DNA of 64,000 nucleotides, from NCBI GenBank assembly GCA_003528115.1, contig DOGZ01000014.1, positions 66,466 to 130,465 on the forward strand, given 5' to 3'. How positions within the stretch are numbered: the stretch's first letter is position 1; every line of letters begins with the position of its first letter. This document shows, in pieces, positions 10,017 to 20,751 of the stretch. Under the pieces are notes generated by a model. The model saw only the letters and a program-made list of their open reading frames with translations. It was not told the DNA's origin and did not search any database. Source of the DNA: Candidatus Omnitrophota bacterium (lineage in GTDB: Bacteria; Omnitrophota; Gorgyraeia; Zapsychrales; Zapsychraceae). Made by a program: the position numbers and the translations under genes.

Positions 10017-11077
10017 AAACAGAAATCGTTGAAGTCCATCCAGATTTTCCTGATTTAAAGAAAATAATTTATTGCGCCAAGATTATTCGTCAGGGCGGAT
10101 TGGTTATTTTCCCAACGGAAACTGTTTACGGAATTGCGGCGGATTTCTCGAATCCGCGGGCCATCCAAAGACTGCGGGAGGTCAAGGGCCGCTCCGAGGA
10201 CAAACCATTTTCTGTCTTGATTTCCCAGCGGGCGTTGATATCGAATTATACGACCAGTACGGATCCGGCCCTGTACAAATTAATTAACGCGTTTTGGCCT
10301 GGGCCATTGACCGTGGTGGTTCCGTCTAAAGAAGAGGGAAAGACGATCGGGATCCGCATGCCGGATCATAAAATCGCCTTAAGGTTAGTGCAGGAATCCC
10401 AATGCACCATTGCGGCGCCTTCGGCCAACCGGACGGGCGAAGAATCTCCGACGACATGCCAAGAGGCTTTAAAAAATTTGGACGGGTTGGTGGAAGTGGC
10501 GATTGACGGGGGCATCGCGAGAATCGGCAAAGGATCCTCGGTGGTTGACCTTGTTCAGGAAAAACCGACGGTTCTGAGGGAGGGCACGATCACGCAGGCG
10601 GACGTGGATCGTGTCACGCAAAAAAAAGGCGTTCTCTTTATCTGTACCGGCAATAGCTGCCGGTCGGTAATGGCGGAATATTTCTTGAAGAATTTGTTGA
10701 AGGATCGTGATGATGTGGAGGTGTTGTCGGCCGGCACAGGCGTTTTTTTGCGTTCAACAGCCAGCGCCGAGACGGTTGCGGTCTTAAAAGCGGAGGGGAT
10801 TGACGCCTCGCAGCATTTGTCCCAGCCGATCAGCACCGTCTTATTGAAGCAGGCGGATCTGATATTTGTGATGACCCGGGGCCATCGTCAGCAGGTTTTG
10901 GAACGTATCCCTGAAGTCGAGAAGCGGGTGTATCTCTTAAAGGAGTTTATTAAAACAGCGGGAGGGTATTCCTTTGACCTGGACATCCCTGACCCGATAG
11001 GCCGCCCCCGTGAGGCTTATGAGGAATGCCTGGCGATGATCAAAGAGGCGGTGCAGAGGATCGCGCAGCTTGTTTAG
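10013..11077 (+). CDS. L-threonylcarbamoyladenylate synthase (TsaC/Sua5/YrdC domain) fused to low-molecular-weight protein-tyrosine phosphatase
   Basis: TTG start overlaps the purE stop; N-terminal half is YrdC-like; C-terminal half carries the LMW-PTP P-loop CTGNSCRS (CX5R). Confidence 0.75.
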   Translation: MKTEIVEVHPDFPDLKKIIYCAKIIRQGGLVIFPTETVYGIAADFSNPRAIQRLREVKGRSEDKPFSVLISQRALISNYTTSTDPALYKLINAFWPGPLTVVVPSKEEGKTIGIRMPDHKIALRLVQESQCTIAAPSANRTGEESPTTCQEALKNLDGLVEVAIDGGIARIGKGSSVVDLVQEKPTVLREGTITQADVDRVTQKKGVLFICTGNSCRSVMAEYFLKNLLKDRDDVEVLSAGTGVFLRSTASAETVAVLKAEGIDASQHLSQPISTVLLKQADLIFVMTRGHRQQVLERIPEVEKRVYLLKEFIKTAGGYSFDLDIPDPIGRPREAYEECLAMIKEAVQRIAQLV

Positions 11078-11153
11078 TGGCCGCGTTACGGATGACCGTG
11101 GACAAATGCCTTAACGCGGGACTCGCCGACACGTTAACTTTTAAGGAGCTTTC

Positions 11154-11618
11154 ATGAAAATTTACATCGGAGCCGATCATCGCGGATATGATTATAAAGA
11201 GAAAATTATTAAAATACTCCAAGACCTGAAGTATAAAGTCACGGATTTCGGCGTTTATCATAAAGAAAAAGACTGCGATTATCCTGAAATCGCTTATCAA
11301 GTCGCGACCCACGTCGCTTCTACGAAAAATAGCCGGGGCATCCTCATTTGTATGTCGGGAATAGGCCAGGCCATGGCGGCCAACAAGGTGCGGGGGGCGT
11401 ATGCCGCCCTGTGTCATGACGCAGAGTCGGCTCTCTTGTCCCGTCAGCATAATAATGCCAATGTCCTTGTCCTGGGCGCGAAATTTGTCAAAGAAAAGGA
11501 CCTCAAAGACATTGTCCAGATATGGCTCACGACGGCGTTTGAAGGAGGAAGGCACCGTCGGAGGGTGAATAAGATTAAGAAAATCGAGAAAGGGATGGAT
11601 ATCCAATTCTGCCGATGA
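11154..11618 (+). CDS. rpiB: ribose-5-phosphate isomerase B
   Basis: 154 aa RpiB/LacAB family; N-terminus [15 protein letters not shown]. Confidence 0.85.
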   Translation: MKIYIGADHRGYDYKEKIIKILQDLKYKVTDFGVYHKEKDCDYPEIAYQVATHVASTKNSRGILICMSGIGQAMAANKVRGAYAALCHDAESALLSRQHNNANVLVLGAKFVKEKDLKDIVQIWLTTAFEGGRHRRRVNKIKKIEKGMDIQFCR

Positions 11619-11647
11619 AGACTATGGAACTGAACAAAGGAAAAACC

Positions 11648-12895
11648 ATGAAACATCTATCCGTGACCGATCCCGAGGTTTATCAGGCGATCGTTGAGGA
11701 AATAAAACGGCAACAGAATAATCTTGAATTAATCGCCTCAGAAAATATCGTCTCACAGGCCGTCCTCGAGGCCCAGGGGTGCGTGATGACCAATAAATAT
11801 GCCGAAGGCTACCCCGCGGCGCGCTGGTACGGGGGGTGTGAATACGCGGACGTCGTGGAGACCCTGGCGATTGAACGCGCCAAGAAGCTCTTCGGCGCAC
11901 AACATGTCAATGTTCAACCGCATTCCGGTTCGCAGGCGAATATGGCTGTTTATCTGGCGGCGCTCGAATACGGGGATACGGTGCTGGCCATGGATCTGGC
12001 CTGCGGCGGGCATTTAACACACGGATTTAAAATCAATTTCTCCGGTCGTTCCTACAATTTCGTCTCTTACAAGGTCGATCCAAAAACGGAGATGATTGAT
12101 TATGAGGAGGTTGAGGCCTTGGCCAAAGAGCATAAACCCAAAATGATTTTAGCCGGCGCTTCGGCGTATTCGAGGACGCTGGATTTTAAAAGATTCCGCG
12201 AAATTTGCGACAAGGTCGGCGCGGTTCTCTTTGTGGACATGGCGCACATCGCCGGACTGGTGGCGGCGGGCCTTCATCCTAACCCCGTGCCTTACGCGGA
12301 ATTTGTGACGACGACTACGCATAAAACACTCAGAGGCCCCCGGTCAGGCATGATCCTCTGCCAGGAGCGGTTCGCGAAGAAGATCGATTCCGCCATTTTT
12401 CCCGGCATCCAGGGCGGCCCGTTGATGCATGTCATCGCGGCCAAGGCCGTGGCGCTGAAAGAGGCCCTCAGTGAGGAGTTTAAACAGTATCAGCAGCAGG
12501 TCGTGAAAAACGCCAAGACCTTTGCTCAGGGGATGGCGGAGGCGGGGTACAGGATTGTCGCGGGCGGAACGGATAATCATCTTTTTATGGTGGATCTGCG
12601 TGGTAAAAATATCACGGGCAAAGAGGCGACGGAGGTGCTCGACAAAGTGCGCATCACGGTCAATAAGAATCTCATTCCGTTTGATCCGCAAAATTCGCGG
12701 GTGACCAGCGGTATCCGCGTCGGAACTCCGGCGGTCACCAGCCGCGGCATGAAAGAGCCGCAGATGAAAATAATCGCCGGATTGTGCGACCAGGCTATGA
12801 CGCATAAGGAAGATCCCGCTCTCCTGGCTAGGGTCAGAGCGGACGTTGAACAATTGACCAAGGCGTTTCCCATTTATCAGGAATTAGCGATGTAA
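11648..12895 (+). CDS. glyA: serine hydroxymethyltransferase
   Basis: Canonical SHMT; PLP-lysine region [12 protein letters not shown]; start taken at the ATG at 11648 (ORF is open from 11615). Confidence 0.9.
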   Translation: MKHLSVTDPEVYQAIVEEIKRQQNNLELIASENIVSQAVLEAQGCVMTNKYAEGYPAARWYGGCEYADVVETLAIERAKKLFGAQHVNVQPHSGSQANMAVYLAALEYGDTVLAMDLACGGHLTHGFKINFSGRSYNFVSYKVDPKTEMIDYEEVEALAKEHKPKMILAGASAYSRTLDFKRFREICDKVGAVLFVDMAHIAGLVAAGLHPNPVPYAEFVTTTTHKTLRGPRSGMILCQERFAKKIDSAIFPGIQGGPLMHVIAAKAVALKEALSEEFKQYQQQVVKNAKTFAQGMAEAGYRIVAGGTDNHLFMVDLRGKNITGKEATEVLDKVRITVNKNLIPFDPQNSRVTSGIRVGTPAVTSRGMKEPQMKIIAGLCDQAMTHKEDPALLARVRADVEQLTKAFPIYQELAM

Positions 12896-12899
12896 GACC

Positions 12900-13376
12900 A
12901 TGAAGTGTCCCGCGTGCCATTACAATGAAACAAAGGTGATTGATTCCCGCCTCAATAGTGATGGAAGTTCCGTCCGCAGGCGCCGGGAGTGTCTGAAATG
13001 CGAGAAACGGTTTACGACGTACGAATATGTCGAGCAGGTGCCTTTGATGGTGGTTAAACGTGACGGTCGTCGCCAGCCGTTTGACCGCAAAAAAATCATT
13101 GCCGGCCTTGTGAAGGCTTGCGAAAAGCGGCCTGTCAGTATTGATAAAATGGAAGAGGTCACCAGTGAGATTGAGCGCGTCATTCAAAAGAAGTTTGACC
13201 GCGAGGTGCAGTCTAAAGATATCGGCGAGTTGATTATGGAGAAGCTCGCGGCCTTGGATGAGGTCGCGTATGTGCGCTTCGCCTCTGTGTACCGCCAATT
13301 TCGCGATGTCAATCAATTCATGAGCGAGTTGACTCTCATGCTCGATAAGGAAAAGGGTAAAAAAACAGATCATTAA
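12900..13376 (+). CDS. nrdR: transcriptional repressor NrdR
   Basis: Zn-ribbon CPACHYNETKVIDSR...CLKCEKRFTTYE followed by an ATP-cone. Confidence 0.95.
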   Translation: MKCPACHYNETKVIDSRLNSDGSSVRRRRECLKCEKRFTTYEYVEQVPLMVVKRDGRRQPFDRKKIIAGLVKACEKRPVSIDKMEEVTSEIERVIQKKFDREVQSKDIGELIMEKLAALDEVAYVRFASVYRQFRDVNQFMSELTLMLDKEKGKKTDH

Positions 13377-13406
13377 CAACAACGGCAGGATTTATCCGGG
13401 AAAACT

Positions 13407-13817
13407 ATGATTCAGGTAGAATTGAGTAAAATTATTATTGATGAAAAAAGACAAGATCAGCAGATCATTGTCCTAAAAGAAAAAAATGGCACCCGCCAGT
13501 TCCCTATCGTGATCGGCATCTGGGAGGCGTCCAGTATTAAAATGAAAATCGCGGATATTGTCCCTCCACGTCCCATGACGCACGATCTTTTGGCTGCCAC
13601 TATCAGCGGACTCCATGCCAAACTGGAACGGATGAGCATTGATAAAATGGTGAACAATACCTTTTACGCCAAATTGGAGCTTAAGACAAAAGACGGCGAA
13701 ACGTGTCTTATCGACGCCAGGCCATCAGATGCCATTGCCGTCGCTGTCCGGCTGGACGCGGATATTTTTGTTGCCGAAGATATCCTTAATAAGGTCGCTA
13801 TCTTTAAAAGCGAATAA
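13407..13817 (+). CDS. bifunctional nuclease family protein (DUF151/BFN)
   Basis: 136 aa; BFN-domain-like core (PIVIGIWEASSI...THDLL). Confidence 0.6.
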   Translation: MIQVELSKIIIDEKRQDQQIIVLKEKNGTRQFPIVIGIWEASSIKMKIADIVPPRPMTHDLLAATISGLHAKLERMSIDKMVNNTFYAKLELKTKDGETCLIDARPSDAIAVAVRLDADIFVAEDILNKVAIFKSE

Positions 13818-13924
13818 TTTTATAATTCGAGGCCAATTGTAAAAGACCCGCGACAACCCGGGCAGAACGTCTTTTATCGTTGGTCTTTTGTATTTTCCCA
13901 TTCAATAGATTTATTGTCACGACA

Positions 13925-15394
13925 ATGCTTATGCCGCTTCTGACAGAGTATCCTCAACTGAAAACGATCCGAGAGATGGCCCGTAAAAAAGGGGTGGCTA
14001 TTTATATCGTCGGCGGATTCTTGCGCGATTACCTCTTGGGTCAGTGCAAGACGGATTTTGATTTCGCCGTTGAACGAGACGCCCTGGGCTTGGCCCGAGT
14101 GTTTGCCAGAAAAATTAAAGGGGCGTTTGTCCTTCTGGATGAAGAGCGCGGTTGCGCCCGCGTCGCGAGGAAAGAAGGAGGGCAGATATACACCTTTGAT
14201 TTCGCCGACTTCCGGGCCAAGACGTTTAAAGGGGATTTGTCTCATCGCGATTTTACGATTAATACCTTGTTTGTTGATCTGGTTTCTTTGACAGGGACTG
14301 AGGAGGTGGGGGATGTCCTGCGGGACCCCGGGAATGGTTTGGCGGATTTGAAAAATCAGAAAATCCGAATGACATTTGCCAAGACGTTCGAGGAAGATCC
14401 TTTGCGGATGATGCGGGCCTTCAGCCTCAGGGCGAACCTGGGATTCCAAATAGAGGCCCGGACCCTAACGCGCATAAAAAAGGATAAGGAACGTATACGG
14501 GATGTTTCCTATGAAAGGATTCGCGATGAATTATTCAAGATCCTGGAGTCCAGCCGGACCGGCGATGTTTTGAAAGAAATGGACCGGGCGGGATTATTAG
14601 AGAAGATTATGCCGCAGGTGAAGGTGATGTTTCATTGCAAACAGGGGGGGTATCATCATTTGGATGTCTGGCCGCATTCGCTGGAGACCGTTGTTCAGGT
14701 TGACCGGATGTTGAAACAACCCAGCCTGCTTGAGGAAAAATTAAGTCATTCGGATGTCGGCCAGGATTTGCATAAGTACCTGGCAGATCCTCTCGGCGGT
14801 AATCGCAGCCGCAAGGCCCTCATCAAACTGGCCGCCCTTGTGCATGATATCGGAAAACCCGATACCCGTAAGAAAGAAAAAGAAAGGGTTTCTTTTCACG
14901 GTCATGAACGGGTGGGGCGGGATATTGTCCGGTGCATTGCCAAACTGCTGAAACTTTCAACGCAAGAACGCCACGCTTTGGAGGACATGGTTCTCTGGCA
15001 TCTTCGGCCGGGGTATTTGTCGGATTTTCAACAACCTTCCCAGCGGGCGGTCTATCGTTATTTCCGCGACGCCAAAGAGGAGGCGGCGGGAATTCTTTTA
15101 TTGTCCCTGGCGGATCAGCAGGCCACGCGCGGGCCGTTGACGAGTGAAGACGATCAGCGGCAACATGAAAAAATTTGTTTGCAATTAATGCAACAATTCT
15201 TTATCAAGAGAAGAGAGAAACCTTTTCAACGTATCATCAGCGGCGATGATTTGATCAAGACTTTGAAATTAAAACCGTCTCCGCTGTTCGGAAAGATATT
15301 AGGTGAAGTCGAGGAGAAACAGACATTGGGAGAAATCAAGACAAAACGGGAAGCGCTGGCGCTGGCGAAGAAGATGGCGCAGCCGACGCGTTAA
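13925..15394 (+). CDS. cca: CCA-adding tRNA nucleotidyltransferase / poly(A) polymerase family with HD domain
   Basis: PolyA_pol head (GGFLRDYLLG...DFDFAV) plus HD motif (ALVHDIGKP); start uncertain (ORF open from 13880). Confidence 0.8.
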   Translation: MLMPLLTEYPQLKTIREMARKKGVAIYIVGGFLRDYLLGQCKTDFDFAVERDALGLARVFARKIKGAFVLLDEERGCARVARKEGGQIYTFDFADFRAKTFKGDLSHRDFTINTLFVDLVSLTGTEEVGDVLRDPGNGLADLKNQKIRMTFAKTFEEDPLRMMRAFSLRANLGFQIEARTLTRIKKDKERIRDVSYERIRDELFKILESSRTGDVLKEMDRAGLLEKIMPQVKVMFHCKQGGYHHLDVWPHSLETVVQVDRMLKQPSLLEEKLSHSDVGQDLHKYLADPLGGNRSRKALIKLAALVHDIGKPDTRKKEKERVSFHGHERVGRDIVRCIAKLLKLSTQERHALEDMVLWHLRPGYLSDFQQPSQRAVYRYFRDAKEEAAGILLLSLADQQATRGPLTSEDDQRQHEKICLQLMQQFFIKRREKPFQRIISGDDLIKTLKLKPSPLFGKILGEVEEKQTLGEIKTKREALALAKKMAQPTR

Positions 15395-15400
15395 AGGGTA

Positions 15401-16339
15401 ATGAAAATCATAAATTTAGAATTAAGAATTATTAAAGGCGACATGACGGAGCTGGAGGTCGACGCCATTGTCAATCCATCGAATCGGGAATTGAAAATGG
15501 ATGCGGGGCTGGCGGGATGGATCAAACAGAAGGCCGGCGCGGCTGTGGAGGATGAGGCGAAAAAGAAAGGCCCGCTTGAACCGGGTAGCGTTATTTGGAC
15601 CGGGGCGGGGCGGCTCAAGTCAAAATATATCATTCATGCCGTGACGGTGGGTGGAGATGGAAGGGCGGATGAGATGACTATCCGCCGGGCGTGTGCCGGG
15701 GCGTTTGGGTGCGCCGGTGAATTAAATGTAAAATCCGTGGCCTTGCCGGCGTTGGGCTGCGGCGCGGGCGGTTTTCCGGTGGTGGGATCCGCGAAGATCA
15801 TGGCCCAGGAGACGCTTAAGTTCGCGCGGTTCGGCAACAGCACCGTACGGGAAGTGGTCTATTGTCTTAAGGACGATGAGACGTATCAGACATTTGAAAA
15901 ACAAATTTACGGTTATATCAATCATGTCCAGAATGATTTGGGTCTTGGCCCGTATGTGACTGTGGATATTATTATTGAATGGAACGAAGGGATCGTTCTG
16001 ATTGAACGGTCGAATCCTCCCTTTGGACTGGCTTTACCCGGCGGGTTCCTGGATTATGGGGAGAGCCTGGAGCAGGGGGCTATCCGTGAGGCCAAGGAAG
16101 AGACGAATATGGATCTCCTGGATTTGTGTCAGTTTCACACCTACTCGAGTCCTGACCGGGATCCGCGTTTTCAAACAGTTTCCACGGTCTTTGTGGCGAA
16201 GGGGCGCGGGACCCCGCGATTCGGCGACGACGCGAAGGGATTGCGGGTTGTGGCGGTTGAAGATCTTTTGAAACTGGACTATGCCTTTGACCACAAACAG
16301 GTGATTCAGGATTATCTGGCCTTGGTCAAGCGATTTTGA
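15401..16339 (+). CDS. macro domain (Appr-1''-p processing) fused to NUDIX hydrolase
   Basis: N-terminal macro motifs (IVNPSN..., GCGAGGFP); C-terminal NUDIX box GGFLDYGESLEQGAIREAKEETN. Confidence 0.75.
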   Translation: MKIINLELRIIKGDMTELEVDAIVNPSNRELKMDAGLAGWIKQKAGAAVEDEAKKKGPLEPGSVIWTGAGRLKSKYIIHAVTVGGDGRADEMTIRRACAGAFGCAGELNVKSVALPALGCGAGGFPVVGSAKIMAQETLKFARFGNSTVREVVYCLKDDETYQTFEKQIYGYINHVQNDLGLGPYVTVDIIIEWNEGIVLIERSNPPFGLALPGGFLDYGESLEQGAIREAKEETNMDLLDLCQFHTYSSPDRDPRFQTVSTVFVAKGRGTPRFGDDAKGLRVVAVEDLLKLDYAFDHKQVIQDYLALVKRF

Positions 16340-16388
16340 ATTTCGTCAGCTCCGACGGAATCGGGAATGCCGAATTCAAGGGGAAACG

Positions 16389-18704
16389 ATGAAGAGAGGG
16401 AGGAGAAAGATGTTTTACGCGCGATGGATTGGTGCCATGGTTTATCTGCTTGCTGTCGTTGGATGGGGAGTTCATTTTTCCGCAAGAACGGTCTTGGCCG
16501 AGGAAACAACAGAGATTTCATGCCCTGAAGGCGGCCTCTCCGGCGGGTGCCCTGGGACATGCGCGGAAGGTCAGCGCTGCCTGAATGCTCCTGGGCCGTG
16601 CCATAGGTGCATGGATGTCAAGCGCGTGGAGATCACGTGGATCATTATTATTATTGAAACGCCCTTGGGCCGTGTTGTGTTGGACAACCCCGATACTCGT
16701 CAGAATGGCGCGGGTGATTTTGAACCGGTGTCCTTGATGGTCCTGGCAAATGCCGATGGGAGTGTGGGGGATCTTGGAAAATCCAAGGCGCGTTTAGAAT
16801 CGATCGCCGACAGTTTTAAGGCCGGTCTTTTATCCCAAGGGACGTCGAAGGAAATTGCCGTCAAAATAAAAGAAGGTCTCGACAAGACCGATCGTCCTTA
16901 CAGCATTGGGTGTTTTGACGCGTTTGATCAGGCGGATGCTTTGAAACTGCCTCCGGCGGGAAGCGCGGACGAGGCGGCCGGGGCCTTCGGGTCAGACGTG
17001 GAGAAGGATGTTATCCATAACGGCCCGGTCCTGGCCTGCGGTAGGCAAGACGGCGTCAATGCCCTGGCCATTTTTGATGCCGGCGGGTCCCTGGTCCAGA
17101 CCATCACCAAGGAACTATTACTTCAGAACCCCGACGTAATAGAGGAGTCCCTCGCCCAGGCGGAACAGCGGAGTCGGAAATATTTTAGTCCTGAAGTTCA
17201 ACAGGGCATAACGCCGGCAATTCAGCCGCATCCCATTGTGAGCCTCCCCGCAGACGCTCAGGTTGAGGTGAATGATCCTCTGTATCATTACGTAAAGCCG
17301 AAAAAGAAAAAACTCCTGGGGATTTTAGGAAGCAGCACCAAGGCGCAGATCACCATCGGCAGCAGTTTAAGAATGGGCGGGGGTGTGCTGGGGGGAGTTT
17401 CAACGGAAACGGATAGAAGCCAGGGACCGGATATCAAAGATCAATGGGGGATAAAGAGGGTCGGTTTCTCACCTCCTTCGGATCCGTCCTCCGCGTGGAA
17501 CGTCATGGGGGTTCCAGAGAAAAATGTGGTGGTGGCGGTCATTGATTCAGGATTTGATTTCGCGCATCCTGACGCTCCAGCGTTCTCGTGGACGAATGCA
17601 AAAGAAGTGCCGGATAACGGTATCGACGATGATGCCAACGGGTATGTGGATGACGTAAGGGGATGGAATTTTGTTGACGAAAATAACGACCTAAAAGATT
17701 TAAAAGGACACGGGACTTTTGTCGCCGGCATCCTGGCGGCCAGGACCAATAACGGGCTGGGGATCGCCGGGATTAATCCGGGGGCGGTGATCCTGCCGTT
17801 GAAGGTGACGGATCCCCAAGGACGGGCCAACAGTTTGAATATCGCCAGGGCGATCCATTACGCCGTCGATCAAGGAGCCCGGGTGATCAATATCAGTCTG
17901 GGGGGCCGCGGCTTCTCCAGGTTAGAACAGCATGCCGTCAATTACGCGTTCGCGCACGGCGTTTGTGTGGTTGTGGCCAGCGGCAATACCGGAGATTATC
18001 TGGGCGATGTGGGGCCGGCATCAGCCCGCCGGGTGTTGACTGTCGGGGCGATCAATTATGACGGACAGCGTAGTACCGTCTCGAGCTGGGGACCGAACAA
18101 TGGTTTGTTGGCACCGGGAGAATTGATCGCGTCGCTTCAGTCCGGCGATGCCCCGATGGAGGGGAAGATTTATCTTGATGACAAAAAGTATCATCTTCAG
18201 TCAGGGACGTCATTTTCCACGCCGATGGTGGCCGGTACCGCGTCTCTTCTTTTGGCGAAGAATCCGCAATGGACAGCCAGTCAGATAGAGGATATTTTGA
18301 TGGGCACGGCCACGGATATGGATCAGGAAAATTGGGATGATAAAACAGGCGCCGGTCTTTTAAATGCCTCTAAGGCCCTGAGGGCTGCCGAGAGCGGATA
18401 TTTAACGCTGAAGCTGACAGAGATGCGTATCAATAAAGACAAGAAAAAGAAACTTGCATCGGTCGATGTTTATGGCACGGTACGCGGCGACGTTGATTAT
18501 TTCACCCTGGGTGTCGGAAAAGGCGCCAGGGCCAGGAAATTCAAGACCGTGGCCGGTCCATTTAAGACGCAGGCGGATCATAACTGGATAGCCCGTATCA
18601 ATGAAAAGGAACTCAAAGGCAGCAACACATGGATCATTCAACTGAACGCGTTAGACAGAAGCGGTCAATCCAAGACCGCTGAATCCGTCTTGTTGTTGAA
18701 ATGA
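16389..18704 (+). CDS. secreted subtilisin-like (S8) serine peptidase with Cys-rich N-terminal region
   Basis: Signal/TM N-terminus; catalytic triad contexts DSGFDFAHPD, HGTFVAGILAA, GTSFSTPMVAG; Cys-rich stretch CPEGGLSGGCPGTCAEGQRCLNAPGPCHRC. Confidence 0.85.
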   Translation: MKRGRRKMFYARWIGAMVYLLAVVGWGVHFSARTVLAEETTEISCPEGGLSGGCPGTCAEGQRCLNAPGPCHRCMDVKRVEITWIIIIIETPLGRVVLDNPDTRQNGAGDFEPVSLMVLANADGSVGDLGKSKARLESIADSFKAGLLSQGTSKEIAVKIKEGLDKTDRPYSIGCFDAFDQADALKLPPAGSADEAAGAFGSDVEKDVIHNGPVLACGRQDGVNALAIFDAGGSLVQTITKELLLQNPDVIEESLAQAEQRSRKYFSPEVQQGITPAIQPHPIVSLPADAQVEVNDPLYHYVKPKKKKLLGILGSSTKAQITIGSSLRMGGGVLGGVSTETDRSQGPDIKDQWGIKRVGFSPPSDPSSAWNVMGVPEKNVVVAVIDSGFDFAHPDAPAFSWTNAKEVPDNGIDDDANGYVDDVRGWNFVDENNDLKDLKGHGTFVAGILAARTNNGLGIAGINPGAVILPLKVTDPQGRANSLNIARAIHYAVDQGARVINISLGGRGFSRLEQHAVNYAFAHGVCVVVASGNTGDYLGDVGPASARRVLTVGAINYDGQRSTVSSWGPNNGLLAPGELIASLQSGDAPMEGKIYLDDKKYHLQSGTSFSTPMVAGTASLLLAKNPQWTASQIEDILMGTATDMDQENWDDKTGAGLLNASKALRAAESGYLTLKLTEMRINKDKKKKLASVDVYGTVRGDVDYFTLGVGKGARARKFKTVAGPFKTQADHNWIARINEKELKGSNTWIIQLNALDRSGQSKTAESVLLLK

Positions 18705-18730
18705 AGTTTTCTATATACCCGCGGTGAGAA

Positions 18731-19915
18731 ATGGAGCAGGCGCCCGGGAAAGGAGAATGGAGAGAAAAAATGGATATTCGAACAAAATCAGTGCATACAG
18801 GGGTCTACAAAGATAATAGTTACAATTCCGTGACAACCCCCATCTATCCGACATCCACGTTTTACTTTGACGCCCTGGGAAAGAACAAGGGGTATGATTA
18901 CACGAGAAGCGGGAATCCGACGCGCACGGCCTTGGAGGAAAATATCGCCTCTCTGGAAGGAGGGATAGGCTGTTCCGTGACAGCCACGGGCATGGCCGCT
19001 GTGACGGCGATCCTGTTTCTGTTAAAGCCCGGCGATCATGTCGTGACCGGCGATGATATTTACGGCGGAACGTACCGGTTATTTGATCAGGTCTTTACAA
19101 AGATGGGGGTCTCGTTTTCTTTTGTGTGTATGCGCAATTTGGCGGAAGTGAAAAAGGCCATTCGCCCGGAAACCAAGTTGATGTGGATCGAAACCCCGTC
19201 GAATCCTTTGCTCAATATTGTGGATTTAGGGGCGGTGATCAAAGTCGCGAAGGAGAAGGGTATAGTCACGGTGGTGGATAACACTTTTATGTCGCCGTAT
19301 TTTCAACGGCCTTTTGAATTCGGGGCCGATATGGTCATGCACTCCACGACGAAATATATCAACGGTCACAGCGATGTGGTCGGGGGAGCCATTATCTATA
19401 ATGGCAAAGAAATCGAAGAGAGGATGCGGTTTTTTATCAACGCGCTGGGAGTCGCGGAATCTCCTTTCGATGCCTGGCTTGTCCTGCGGGGGGTGAAGAC
19501 CCTGGCCCAGCGGATGGAGGCCCATCAGGCCAACGCGCTGGCGATCGCCCGCTATCTGGAACAACACAAATATATTAAAAGGGTTTATTATCCCGGCCTC
19601 ACGAGTCATCCCCAGCGCCGGCTCGTGAAAAAACAGATGAAGGGATGCGGCGGCATGCTTTCCTTTGAACTGAACACGGCTAAAGTCCCGCTTAATCAAT
19701 TCTTGGGTAAGTTAAAATATTTTTCATTGGCGGAATCTCTGGGGGGAGTCGAGTCCCTCATTGAACATCCCTGGTCGATGAGTCACGCCTCCATGGGCAA
19801 GGGGGCTTTGCAGGCTTCGGGTATTACGGAAGAAACGATCCGCGTCTCGGCAGGGATTGAGCACGTGCGGGATCTCATCGCTGATTTGGATCATGCCTTG
19901 AAGGGAAAGGCGTAA
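18731..19915 (+). CDS. Cys/Met-metabolism PLP-dependent enzyme (cystathionine gamma-synthase / beta-lyase / methionine gamma-lyase family)
   Basis: 394 aa; PLP-lysine region STTKYINGHSDVVGG typical of the family. Confidence 0.85.
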   Translation: MEQAPGKGEWREKMDIRTKSVHTGVYKDNSYNSVTTPIYPTSTFYFDALGKNKGYDYTRSGNPTRTALEENIASLEGGIGCSVTATGMAAVTAILFLLKPGDHVVTGDDIYGGTYRLFDQVFTKMGVSFSFVCMRNLAEVKKAIRPETKLMWIETPSNPLLNIVDLGAVIKVAKEKGIVTVVDNTFMSPYFQRPFEFGADMVMHSTTKYINGHSDVVGGAIIYNGKEIEERMRFFINALGVAESPFDAWLVLRGVKTLAQRMEAHQANALAIARYLEQHKYIKRVYYPGLTSHPQRRLVKKQMKGCGGMLSFELNTAKVPLNQFLGKLKYFSLAESLGGVESLIEHPWSMSHASMGKGALQASGITEETIRVSAGIEHVRDLIADLDHALKGKA

Positions 19916-20031
19916 CGGCCGTTTTTTCCTTGCCGAGATCACCTGTAAATAATTTAGGTAACGCAGGCGCAACCAAGCTTATCGACCGGACGCGAAAATC
20001 CTGAAATAAAATCATGTCTTAATCCGATCCC

Positions 20032-20634
20032 ATGAATCCATCGCCCTCGTATCTTTCCGAACCGGATGTCCAACTGATGCTGGAATTTCAGGCGGGGCGT
20101 AAAGACTCTTTTGAAACTCTGCTGCGAAAGTATTATCCCCGTTTGTTAAATTTTATTTATCGTTTTGTCGGGAACCGCGAGGCGGCCGAAGATCTCACGC
20201 AGGAGGTCTTTATCAAGGTGTACCAGGGCGCGTCTGGGTATCAGCCGCACGCTCAATTTAAAACCTGGCTTTACACCATTGCCCGGAACATAAGTCTGAA
20301 TGCGTTGAGGAAGAACAAAAACTCAGGTTTTTCCCTGGATGAGGACATTGATTGTGAAGGGGATTCTCTTAAGCGGCAACTGCCGGATACGCGAAATTTG
20401 AATCCGAAAGAAGAGTTGGTTCAAAAGGAAACCGCCCGGGTGGTTCAGGAAGCCATCCAGGCCTTACCGGAAAATCAGCGCTTGGCGGTTATCCTGCGCC
20501 GGTATGAAGAGTTTTCCTACGAAGAGATCGCGAAAACCATGAATGTGTCGGTGGAGGCCGTTAAGTCCATTTTAAACAGGGCCAAAGAGAATTTGAAAAA
20601 AAGTTTGGCAGGGTATTGTTCTCATGGTTACTGA
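20032..20634 (+). CDS. ECF (sigma-70 family group 4) RNA polymerase sigma factor
   Basis: 200 aa; region 2 (DLTQEVFIKVY) and region 4 HTH (YEEIAKTMNVSVEAVKS). Confidence 0.85.
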   Translation: MNPSPSYLSEPDVQLMLEFQAGRKDSFETLLRKYYPRLLNFIYRFVGNREAAEDLTQEVFIKVYQGASGYQPHAQFKTWLYTIARNISLNALRKNKNSGFSLDEDIDCEGDSLKRQLPDTRNLNPKEELVQKETARVVQEAIQALPENQRLAVILRRYEEFSYEEIAKTMNVSVEAVKSILNRAKENLKKSLAGYCSHGY

Positions 20635-20751
20635 CTTGTGCCTCTGAAGGATAAGATTTTATTGGTTGGGCGTAGGGCAATAAATTTAATTGAGCAAGAG
20701 TATCAAAACTTTTCGGTCGGGTGTGTGTTTAAAGAAATAGGAGGAAATGGC

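Noticed and set aside
13818-13880. Hairpin AAAAGAC...GTCTTTT after the bifunctional nuclease gene, considered as a terminator
   Set aside because: The stem is imperfect with large internal mismatches, and the next gene begins almost immediately in the same orientation. Evidence is too weak to call.
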